Origin: a virus
Direction: 5' to 3' (one strand)
Virus record (IMG/VR): IMGVR_UViG_3300045988_151707
Span: 1-64,000 of that record
Length of the DNA stretch: 64,000 bases
Part shown: positions 1 to 7,390 of the stretch, piece by piece
Layout: every line of letters starts with the position of its first letter
Position numbering within the stretch: position 1 is the first letter of the stretch
Notes under the pieces: model-generated
Database searches by the model: none
Seen by the model: the letters and a program-made list of their open reading frames with translations, nothing else
Told to the model about the DNA's origin: nothing
Program-made: the position numbers and the translations under genes

Positions 1-150
1 CCAGCGGACACCAGCGGACACCAGCGGACACCAGCGGACACCAGCGGACACCAGCAGCCACCAGCAGCCACCAGCGGACACCAGCGGACAGCAGCAGCCA
101 CCAGCGGACACCAGCGGCCACCAGCAGCCACCAGCGGACACCAGCGGACG
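1..150. repeat. Tandem array of 15 x 10-bp units (consensus CCAGCGGACA; variants CCAGCAGCCA, GCAGCAGCCA, CCAGCGGCCA, CCAGCGGACG), truncated by the window edge
   Basis: Read directly from bases 1-150. About 70% GC next to AT-rich DNA. No spacers, so not a CRISPR array. Confidence 0.95.
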
Positions 151-307
151 CGGCCACCGCCCGGGCATATATCACAGCCGGACGGGGTCCCAGGGGGACA
201 CGTCCCACGTAGCGAGGCGCGGGGTTTTCATCGCGAATCGGGCAAAAATCTTTTGTTTCAACTCCAAATTATCAGATTGTTATTCAGTTTTGAAGGGAAT
301 ACAAAAA

Positions 308-334
308 AGGCAACCGGATTCCGTCCGATTGCCT
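308..334. terminator. Hairpin with flanking A-run and T-rich tract (bidirectional terminator candidate)
   Basis: AGGCAACCGGA-TTCCG-TCCGATTGCCT (10 of 11 bp pair). A6 lies upstream and TTTATAT downstream. Sits just 3' of the minus-strand gene ending at 403. Confidence 0.6.
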
Positions 335-402
335 TTATATACTTTATGTATTGTCCTTTCTACATACGTTTCCTTTTACTATCTTTGCTAAAAATAAAAA
401 AT

Positions 403-864
403 CTATGAAGAAAAGAAAATTGATTTGCACCATTGTAGGAATAATTTTAGGAGCTCCTTTAGGTTTGGTGATAGGGTATATATTAAGGAAGTACATACTG
501 CTGTTACTGCAATAGTCAGTATGGTATGACTGTCTTTTATTATTGAAAGGATTTTTGATATGACTTCAAGTCTTTTCATCTTAATGTCTAACCGTTGGTT
601 AGAGTGTATCTTTCTGATATAGTTACTTATTCCTAAATTTATAGCTACCTCACCATTGGAAGACAAGCATATCCATGATTTTGAGCGATAAATAAGCTTA
701 TAGTCTTCTATCATTCGGCTTATCACAAAAGTACTTTCTAATTGATTGAAAGAATTATCTACACTCTCAAGTTTATCAAGAAGGTCACTTTCCCTTATAT
801 GTCCATTTGATTCTTTTAATACTAAAAGTATTTTTTCTGCTATGATGTTTTGCTTCTCATTCAT
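403..864 (-). CDS. Hypothetical protein (AT-rich accessory gene, hydrophobic C-terminal segment)
   Basis: 153-aa ORF on the dominant coding strand. C-terminal TILTIAVTAVCTSLIYTL looks membrane-spanning. No recognisable catalytic motif. Confidence 0.5.
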   Translation of the reverse strand: MNEKQNIIAEKILLVLKESNGHIRESDLLDKLESVDNSFNQLESTFVISRMIEDYKLIYRSKSWICLSSNGEVAINLGISNYIRKIHSNQRLDIKMKRLEVISKILSIIKDSHTILTIAVTAVCTSLIYTLSPNLKELLKLFLQWCKSIFFSS

Positions 865-877
865 ATCTTAAAAAAAA

Positions 878-953
878 TCACATCTTCATGCCGTGCGCCC
901 ACAGAGAACCACTCTGAATCCGATTTTACGGATTACACGGCATGAAGATGTGA
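878..953. repeat. Perfect 18-bp inverted repeat (TCACATCTTCATGCCGTG / CACGGCATGAAGATGTGA) enclosing a second small hairpin
   Basis: Arms at 878-895 and 936-953. Inner AATCCG/CGGATT hairpin at 917-934. Intergenic between two minus-strand genes. Confidence 0.85.
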
Positions 954-1029
954 CTTATAGTTCTTTATGGGCATTACAAATATACAATTTCTTTTTTATG
1001 ATAATCTGTTTTGTGTGAAATTTAATTTT

Positions 1030-1542
1030 TCACAGAGTTAATTCAATAGATAGAAGCTTGTTCCCTATTTCAATGAGTGAAAGATTTATCATATTGATGT
1101 CTTCCTGTTTAAATGATGCTTTTGTAGAATTTTTTCGCATCCTGTTAAGGTACCATGAGGTGCTTTTCTTCATCTTGCCAATATATATATAGGGCATTGA
1201 AACCATATCTGATACAGACTGAATCTGCCCAATTATTTCCTGCCTTACTGAAAGTGAATCTTTATTCTCTACCGTTGGGATATAAATCCTTGTACTGACA
1301 AGCTTTTTCCCCATTTCATTAAACAATTCGTTTAATGTATTCACATCGGATTGATTAAATCCTTTTGATGTAGTTATTATCTTGTCACTATTTAATTTAG
1401 TATATATCCATCCGCTTGATTTTCCCAGTGCGTCGGTTACATACTTTAGCTTCACCATTTCTGCTATCATAGGTAAAGCTTGCTTTACGGGTACTTTGAT
1501 TTTTTCTGTTTCCATTGCGCTATCTTTCTTTTTCCAATGCAA
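1030..1542 (-). CDS. Hypothetical protein with an internal two-fold repeat
   Basis: SSGWIYTKLNS..FNQSDVNTLNELFNEMGKKL parallels STSWYLNRMRKN..FKQEDINMINLSLIEIGNKL. Likely true start at the internal Met (METEKIK, ~1515). Confidence 0.5.
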   Translation of the reverse strand: MHWKKKDSAMETEKIKVPVKQALPMIAEMVKLKYVTDALGKSSGWIYTKLNSDKIITTSKGFNQSDVNTLNELFNEMGKKLVSTRIYIPTVENKDSLSVRQEIIGQIQSVSDMVSMPYIYIGKMKKSTSWYLNRMRKNSTKASFKQEDINMINLSLIEIGNKLLSIELTL

Positions 1543-1641
1543 AAGTACATAATATTCTTTATTTACACAAGCATTTTCACAAAAAAAAGAGGCACCCTCA
1601 CGGACACCCCTCTCTCAACAAAAAAAGAAGACTGAAAGATT

Positions 1642-2124
1642 TTATGTAAATCCGCCACCTCCCTCGTCAGGGTCTGTTCCTCCCTGCTCGGTTCCTCCAC
1701 CCGGTTCAGGTTCCTGTCCGGCTGTCTCCTCTTCGTCGTAATCTTCCATCGTAGTGACAGACATTCCTTCAAGCATCTGCTTGAAACGCTTTCCGGGATA
1801 GAAAAGGATTTTCTTTCGGGTGACGTTTTCGGCAGTCACATCGTCGGCAGTGGCTCCCGTCTTTGAGTTGAAGGTAGGCTTGAAAGAACCGAAGTCGCCC
1901 AGCTTTACGGGCATGCCGTAGTTCATGAACACAATCATACGGTCGATAAGCGCTTCGAGCACCGCTTTTGTCTGCGAACGGTTCACACCGCATGAGTTAC
2001 TCACTTCATTAAGAAGGTCGTCGAAAGTGACGGGTTGCTGACGTACCGGCTTGATGCGGTAAACCTCCGGCTTGTCTTTCTTGAAGCCGAGGGTGATTTT
2101 CTGTTTTTCGTAAACGATTGCCAT
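1642..2124 (-). CDS. HU/IHF-family DNA-binding protein (Bacteroidota long form) with acidic Gly-rich tail ending GGGGFT
   Basis: Core ..SQTKAVLEALIDRMIVFMNYGMPVKLGDFGSFKPTF..ILFYPGKRFK matches the HU fold pattern. Paralogue at 19348-19800. Confidence 0.8.
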   Translation of the reverse strand: MAIVYEKQKITLGFKKDKPEVYRIKPVRQQPVTFDDLLNEVSNSCGVNRSQTKAVLEALIDRMIVFMNYGMPVKLGDFGSFKPTFNSKTGATADDVTAENVTRKKILFYPGKRFKQMLEGMSVTTMEDYDEEETAGQEPEPGGGTEQGGTDPDEGGGGFT

Positions 2125-2171
2125 AGTTTAATCGTGTTTTTAAGGTTTGTACTACTTGTCTTTCGACAACT

Positions 2172-2213
2172 CTAAATTACCTCCCAGACCGACCGTTTTT
2201 GAAGGACAAAAAA
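2172..2213 (-). promoter_or_regulatory. Late-type promoter module (T-run, GTCCTTCA, N20, TAATTTAG) upstream of HU gene 1
   Basis: Minus strand reads TTTTTTGTCCTTCA-N20-TAATTTAG, ~50 nt upstream of the ATG at 2124. One of eight copies. Confidence 0.6.
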
Positions 2214-2241
2214 CACTTCTGAAACTGGCTTTTGAATCGTG

Positions 2242-2357
2242 CGCCAGCAACCTCTAAAGTGGTTTGCGGCAAACCTCTCGAGCGATATGCAGCAAACCTC
2301 TCAAGTGGTTTGCTGCATTTGTTTTGACAGGCCCTACAGACTATTGTGGAGGGGGTG
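2242..2357. repeat. 116-bp repeated element, copy 1 (second copy 43718-43833, same orientation)
   Basis: Identical to copy 2 except for 2 point differences and an exactly inverted 8-nt hairpin loop (2299-2306). Contains GCAAACC-N8-GGTTTGC dyads. Confidence 0.9.
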
Positions 2358-2648
2358 CGCAGAAACGTAGTTTCCCATCATCATAAGAAGGGTTTTCTGG
2401 CCGCTCGTGTCGGACGAAAGGAAGTCCACAATCTCCTTGAAAAGTGAGCGCGAGCACTCACGTTTCACACTGACCAGATAACCGCTGCCGAGCAGGCTTT
2501 CCAGCTCACGGCGCACGGTGTGTTCGGGCATAAAATCCTCGTATTCCACATAGGCCAGCACACCATGGCGTGTGACGGTAAACATAATGCTGTGTCTTAT
2601 TTTCCCGAAATAGCCGTTTATGGCCTTTCTTGCTTCGCGCTTGTTCAT
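2334..2648 (-). CDS. Hypothetical protein, paralogue of 5845-6138
   Basis: Shares ..YVEYEDFMPEHTV..LESLLGSGYLVSVKRECSRSLFKEI with ..YIEYEDYLSEHHV..LLRLLGTSVLLSIKRNCSERLFQEI. Confidence 0.55.
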   Translation of the reverse strand: MNKREARKAINGYFGKIRHSIMFTVTRHGVLAYVEYEDFMPEHTVRRELESLLGSGYLVSVKRECSRSLFKEIVDFLSSDTSGQKTLLMMMGNYVSAHPLHNSL

Positions 2649-3724
2649 AGGTAACCTCCTTTCTGCATGATGATGCGTGAAAAGAACTCATAACCTTCGC
2701 GTGTGATGTAAGGTGTGTAGTATTTCACTCCGGAACCCGTGGCGCTGGAGTGTGCGGCCAGTATCAGTCCGCGCTTTGTGCTTTCTTCGGAAGGAGCGTT
2801 GTAACATTCGGGTGTGGAAAGCAGCCATCCTTCACGGCGAAGGAAGTCGAAAAGGCGTGCCGTGCGTACCACTATCCCGTTTTCACGGCTCATGGTGCGG
2901 GCCATCTGACGCACAAGCATGGCATCGCGGAAGCGGGTGCGTATTTCACTGACGGTGTAGCATGGGATGTCTTTTTTTGCGTAGAACGGATGTGTGGTAG
3001 TTTCGGGATTCTTGTTTACAGGCGTGACGGAACCGCTGTCGCCTGAAAGATAATTCTGTATCATCTGTTCAAGCCTTGATATGCGCTGCTCAAACTGGCT
3101 TTTTGCAGTTCCTGCCGACAAGGTTTCTTCACGTTCAAGCCGGTATTTAAGGTAAGAAATACGGTCTTTCTTGTGCTGAAGCATGGAAATGGATTCGGAA
3201 AGCTCTTCTTCTATTTCTGTGAGGAGTCCGGAAAGATTGTCTACACTTCCATGAGTGTTTTCAGTGCATGTGTAGTCGGTTTGCGTGTTTCCCGTGCTGA
3301 CGGTTCCTTTCATCAGCAGTTCTTTAATACGGTCGTTGCACCAGATTGCAAATGCAGGACTTAGCCAGCGTGCAAATTCAAGGGCTACATCTTCGTGCAT
3401 CCAAGTGCCACCGTTATTCCCGTATGTAACTTTCACTAAATCAGACGAGAGGATTTTCTTCACCTCGCTAAGTGCTTCTATAAAACGTTTGGATTGTTCT
3501 GTTTTAAGAAAGTCTTTAGGAGATTTGTTAAATGGTTTTGCCATTTGTGTAGCATTTACCATAAGATTGTCGCCTTTGTGGAACGAAATGGGATTCCCAT
3601 GGTACTGAAAAATTTGATTTGCTGTCATATATAACGATTTTGACATTATAGAACAGAAAAACGGCTGTTCATGGCCCGCCGTTACACATACCAAAGGCAG
3701 TTGGGAGTGCATTAACATCTCCAC
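2645..3724 (-). CDS. KilA-N domain / phage antirepressor (Ant-type C-terminal domain)
   Basis: KilA-N signature ..NGGTWMHEDVALEFARWLSPAFAIWCNDRIKEL. C-terminal ..ARLFDFLRREGWL.. resembles Ant/KilAC. True start probably Met at 3646 or 3628. Confidence 0.8.
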   Translation of the reverse strand: MEMLMHSQLPLVCVTAGHEQPFFCSIMSKSLYMTANQIFQYHGNPISFHKGDNLMVNATQMAKPFNKSPKDFLKTEQSKRFIEALSEVKKILSSDLVKVTYGNNGGTWMHEDVALEFARWLSPAFAIWCNDRIKELLMKGTVSTGNTQTDYTCTENTHGSVDNLSGLLTEIEEELSESISMLQHKKDRISYLKYRLEREETLSAGTAKSQFEQRISRLEQMIQNYLSGDSGSVTPVNKNPETTTHPFYAKKDIPCYTVSEIRTRFRDAMLVRQMARTMSRENGIVVRTARLFDFLRREGWLLSTPECYNAPSEESTKRGLILAAHSSATGSGVKYYTPYITREGYEFFSRIIMQKGGYL

Positions 3725-3907
3725 ACGGGATTAAACAGCCGCTATATTTTAATGTATAGCTATATAAGCAAACACAAAAAATGCCTGCTATTTGCAGACA
3801 TCCGTCTGCCTTTGATTATGTGTAACATTGCAAATATACAACAAATATCACAAAAGCAAGCGGAAAGGGAGAAATAATCATCCCTCCCTTTTAATTTCTT
3901 GGCAAAT

Positions 3908-3945
3908 GTAACAATTTTAATTTGATAATCGCATTAAAATCGTAC
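3908..3945. promoter_or_regulatory. Operator/promoter repeat, copy 1 (GTAACAATTTTAATTTGATAATCGCATTAAAATCGTAC)
   Basis: 33 of 36 identity with 32530-32568. Minus strand carries TACATTTG (a perfect TAnnTTTG -7 box) at 3903-3910. Lies upstream of the antirepressor gene. Confidence 0.6.
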
Positions 3946-3973
3946 TTTTTCATAATCTATTATATTAACATCC

Positions 3974-4855
3974 TTATTCAGTAGCTAAATCTTCATCAGA
4001 AAAAATATCTTCAAAAGTAGTCATGCCTGGCTCTGAACGTAAAACATCGTATGCTAAAAGTACAGCTTTAATACCTTGTTTTTCGGAATACGATAAGTTT
4101 CTTAAATCTCCATATTCACCTAACAGTTGCATTTTTACTTTTTTCCCATCTGCCATTTTCCTCAAAAATGAAAGAAGTTCTTTATTCATAGGAATATCAA
4201 TCCATTCCCAAACTCCATAGCCATCATTATCGGAATGTTTCTCTTTGTATTCGTCAAAATCTATGAATTTAGTGTTACCGTCATAAGATAAATAAGCAGA
4301 TTTAAAGAATATCCAATTTTCTCCTGCGTATGACATTTTCAGTCTAAGCCATACGGCAGAAGAAGATTTTCCCATATAAATTGAAGTTCCACTTACATTA
4401 TCATAATGCGTGAAATAGGGGTTATAATACCACGTTATTCCCTGTACGTCATCTACCCTTTTCTTTAATTTGGAAACGGCAGCCATCCGCTTCTTCTTTT
4501 CTTCTTCGGCCTTTTTTTGAACTGCAATTCTTATTTCAGAAATGACTTTTTCGACGGTTTTAATTTGGTCTGATTCCGGATGATACTTCTTCAGTTTTTT
4601 TAGAATATCAGATAATTTTATCGTATCATTTTTTGATTGAAGTTCCTCAATACCTGCACATAACTTTTCAGGAGAAAGTTTATATCCTTCCAGTTCTATA
4701 TTTGCTGATTTTAAATTTTCTTTTAAATAGCTAATGGAATCCTGAAGAGTTTTGTTTGTTTCTGTGAGTTGCTTCAAACGGCTTTCCATATTCTTATCCT
4801 TGCATGATGGTATCAGAATAAAAATTCCAATAAACAGCAATACATACTTTTTCAT
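3974..4855 (-). CDS. Lipoprotein with coiled-coil region (AT-rich accessory gene)
   Basis: Signal peptide plus lipobox MKKYVLLFIGIFILIPSC. Heptad-rich N-terminal half. Low GC relative to structural genes. Confidence 0.7.
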   Translation of the reverse strand: MKKYVLLFIGIFILIPSCKDKNMESRLKQLTETNKTLQDSISYLKENLKSANIELEGYKLSPEKLCAGIEELQSKNDTIKLSDILKKLKKYHPESDQIKTVEKVISEIRIAVQKKAEEEKKKRMAAVSKLKKRVDDVQGITWYYNPYFTHYDNVSGTSIYMGKSSSAVWLRLKMSYAGENWIFFKSAYLSYDGNTKFIDFDEYKEKHSDNDGYGVWEWIDIPMNKELLSFLRKMADGKKVKMQLLGEYGDLRNLSYSEKQGIKAVLLAYDVLRSEPGMTTFEDIFSDEDLATE

Positions 4856-4906
4856 TTTGCTTTAGAATCTAAATTTATTGTACATCAGTGTTTTCATGCT
4901 GCTTAC

Positions 4907-5740
4907 TCATTCTAAACTCCGGAGCATTTCCATCAGTTCCTCTTCATGGATAATTCTTACTTCTGGCATTTGTGCCAGCTTTTCCATTTTGCTTGGGCCT
5001 GCTCCTTCTCCTACTATTGCCCATTCTGTAGATTTGGTTATACTTTTCAGATTGATTGCGCCAAACAGTTGCAATTTCTTTAAAAGCGCATTTCTGTTAT
5101 TGGGGTATGACCGAAATTCTCCTGTCGTAATGATGTGCTTGTGATAGAATGGAGTGTCTGTTCTTTGCAGCTTTTCGTCCGGAAGAAGTTCGTAAAGGCT
5201 TGAATCTTTTTTCTGATAACCCATAGCACTTACCGCATCAGGGTTTGGCTTTACTATTTCTCCACCCTGTACTTTCATATAAAGTTCTGCGCACGCACGT
5301 GCATCCTCCAGCGCGTTGTGGTGCTTTTTAAGTTCTATCCCAGCCGTTTTGCAAGATTCTTCCAGGCTTTTTCCTGTGGAATTGTACGTGTCGATAAATG
5401 AAGGTTTATACAATGTGCTGTCTGTTTTCCCGTAATAACGGCAAGCCTTTTCAAGTACGCTCTTTTCTGTTACGTGATTGTGCGATACAATTTCACATCC
5501 TTCTGTAAACCATTCCATAAAGGGGAGAAGTTCTGCAAATGTAGGAGCATTGGCACACATTTCCTCAGTTATCCCATGCACATGGGTGTTTAGCGTTTTT
5601 CTTTCATCCGGGGCAGGCTTTATAAGTGAATAAAATTCCTGCACGATAACCTGATTGATTACCTTTACCATTCCAACCGCGCACGCAGTTTCATGATTTG
5701 GAGTCAGGTGCTCAAAATCAATAGTAACAAATTTATCCAT
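4907..5740 (-). CDS. DEDDh 3'-5' exonuclease (DnaQ/epsilon-like) with C-terminal BRCT-like domain
   Basis: Exo motifs VTIDFEH.., ..SHNHVTEKSVL.., ..HHNALEDARACAELY. C-terminal ..TGEF....R..L.KLQLFGA......T.WAIVGEG is BRCT-like. Confidence 0.8.
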   Translation of the reverse strand: MDKFVTIDFEHLTPNHETACAVGMVKVINQVIVQEFYSLIKPAPDERKTLNTHVHGITEEMCANAPTFAELLPFMEWFTEGCEIVSHNHVTEKSVLEKACRYYGKTDSTLYKPSFIDTYNSTGKSLEESCKTAGIELKKHHNALEDARACAELYMKVQGGEIVKPNPDAVSAMGYQKKDSSLYELLPDEKLQRTDTPFYHKHIITTGEFRSYPNNRNALLKKLQLFGAINLKSITKSTEWAIVGEGAGPSKMEKLAQMPEVRIIHEEELMEMLRSLE

Positions 5741-5844
5741 AACTGTTAAGTTTAAAGTTCACGGCGAAAATAACTTTATTTTTCATTTTTGACAAATAAA
5801 TACAAAAAATCCCCTTCGCAAAACCATGCGGAGGGGAGTAAACG

Positions 5845-6138
5845 TCAGGCTTCGTATTCAGACATCACAGCGCAGAGCTCAAGCTGGCTCATGAATAGGC
5901 CGTAACGCTGCTGTATTTCCTGGAATAGCCGCTCGGAACAGTTTCGCTTGATACTGAGAAGAACGCTGGTGCCCAATAATCGTAGAAGGGCTTCCGTTAC
6001 ATGGTGTTCGCTCAGATAATCTTCGTATTCAATGTAAATTAATGTATTGCCATGAACGCTGAATGTGCGGATGCTGTGTGGCACGCTTTCAAAGTACAAG
6101 TCTATCACATGCTTGTACGTTTTAGTTTGAGGTTTCAT
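5845..6138 (-). CDS. Hypothetical protein, paralogue of 2334-2648
   Basis: See 2334-2648. An AAGGAGG-like sequence precedes the ATG. Confidence 0.55.
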   Translation of the reverse strand: MKPQTKTYKHVIDLYFESVPHSIRTFSVHGNTLIYIEYEDYLSEHHVTEALLRLLGTSVLLSIKRNCSERLFQEIQQRYGLFMSQLELCAVMSEYEA

Positions 6139-6238
6139 TTTTATCCTCCTTTTTTGTTTTAAATAGTTGATTTATTTGTGTTCTTCCTTCGTGCGTATAA
6201 ATGCAGAGCGGCTGCATTTGCAAATTTATCAAATTTAA

Positions 6239-6274
6239 ACAGATGTGCCCGACTTCGCAGCCGGGCACATCTGT
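6239..6274 (-). terminator. 13-bp perfect stem hairpin downstream of gene 6305-6736
   Basis: ACAGATGTGCCCG / CGGGCACATCTGT with a 10-nt loop. A second smaller hairpin (AAATGCAG..CTGCATTT) follows. Confidence 0.6.
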
Positions 6275-6304
6275 CAATGCTTAAAAGCATACATTCCTGA
6301 AAAC

Positions 6305-6736
6305 TCACTTCTTACCTTGTTCGTACACGTCGTAAACCACGGTGCCCGACTGGCAGAATCCTACCAGCCACGGTATGTATTCCACCCGGGGCTCGTCGTA
6401 AAACTCTTCATTCTCCAGGTCGAAGCGTATCTCACGGCGGAAGTTCACGCAGAAGTTGATGCGCTCTTCCGGCTGAAGCACGGGGAGGTCCATATATCCG
6501 CGATGATAGTTGATGAAAGCGCGGAGGGTGTCGAAGAATGCGGCATACTTCCGGTCGTCGTCCTTGTAGAGCAGATGCACGGAGAGGTCGAGGGCCACGT
6601 AACACTCTTTCACGTCTATCCCAATCAGTTTCTCACGTATCATTTTATCTATGGTGTCAAACCGTGACAGGTATATGGCTGCGGCATTTTTCTTCTTCCT
6701 GCTGAAAAGTGCCTTGATAAGTCTGCGCATTTTCAT
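6305..6736 (-). CDS. Hypothetical protein
   Basis: 143-aa ORF on the coding strand. TATTTTTG -7 box ~40 nt upstream on the minus strand. Confidence 0.5.
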   Translation of the reverse strand: MKMRRLIKALFSRKKKNAAAIYLSRFDTIDKMIREKLIGIDVKECYVALDLSVHLLYKDDDRKYAAFFDTLRAFINYHRGYMDLPVLQPEERINFCVNFRREIRFDLENEEFYDEPRVEYIPWLVGFCQSGTVVYDVYEQGKK

Positions 6737-6915
6737 GGCTGTAATATATTAAAATTGTTGCATTACACGCAAAAATAGCTAAAATTCGGTGGAAAATATA
6801 AAATCAATGACAATTATAAATTATTTTTCCTTATATTTGCATTGTGTTTTAAAACTCTCACTTCACCCCTGTCCGTCTTCCCTGAAGCGGGCGGGGGTCA
6901 TCGTTTCTATCAGGG

Positions 6916-7356
6916 CTATTCTTCTTCGCCCCATTCGTCTTCTTCATCGTCGCCATCGTCTGCCGGACGCTCCATCATGCGGCGGGCTATGAGGGCTTTC
7001 ATGCTCACCAGTCCGGTGCGCACTTCGGCTTCTTTGTCGTGCGTTTCTTCGGCAGTGCAGATTTCCTCGTCCACATGCCAGCGGACGCAGAACAGGGCGG
7101 GATGTCCGTCGTAGGCCGTCTGCATGGCGAATCCCCTGCGCTCCAGTTCCACCAGATACGGCGGAAGCGGGTCGGGCATCTTCGGAATGGGCCATGCCTG
7201 GAAGTATTCACGGATGCGGCGCACGGTAAACACTTCGTCGGCATATTCCTCGCGCTCCACCGGCTTGTAAGTGTCGGTAAAGGCATCCACCAGCTGCATC
7301 AGCGCCTTGGGCGGCTGCATCGCCTGGTCCTGATATTTCAGCGTCTTCTTACTCAT
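6916..7356 (-). CDS. Hypothetical protein with acidic C-terminus
   Basis: 146-aa ORF immediately downstream of the terminase gene. Ends ..DDGDDEEDEWGEEE. Confidence 0.55.
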   Translation of the reverse strand: MSKKTLKYQDQAMQPPKALMQLVDAFTDTYKPVEREEYADEVFTVRRIREYFQAWPIPKMPDPLPPYLVELERRGFAMQTAYDGHPALFCVRWHVDEEICTAEETHDKEAEVRTGLVSMKALIARRMMERPADDGDDEEDEWGEEE

Positions 7357-7390
7357 TACTCATTCTTAATTCTTCATTCTTAATTCTTCA

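Noticed and set aside
1-150. The 10-bp array as a CRISPR array
   Set aside because: The units are contiguous with no spacers, and 10 bp is far too short for CRISPR repeats.
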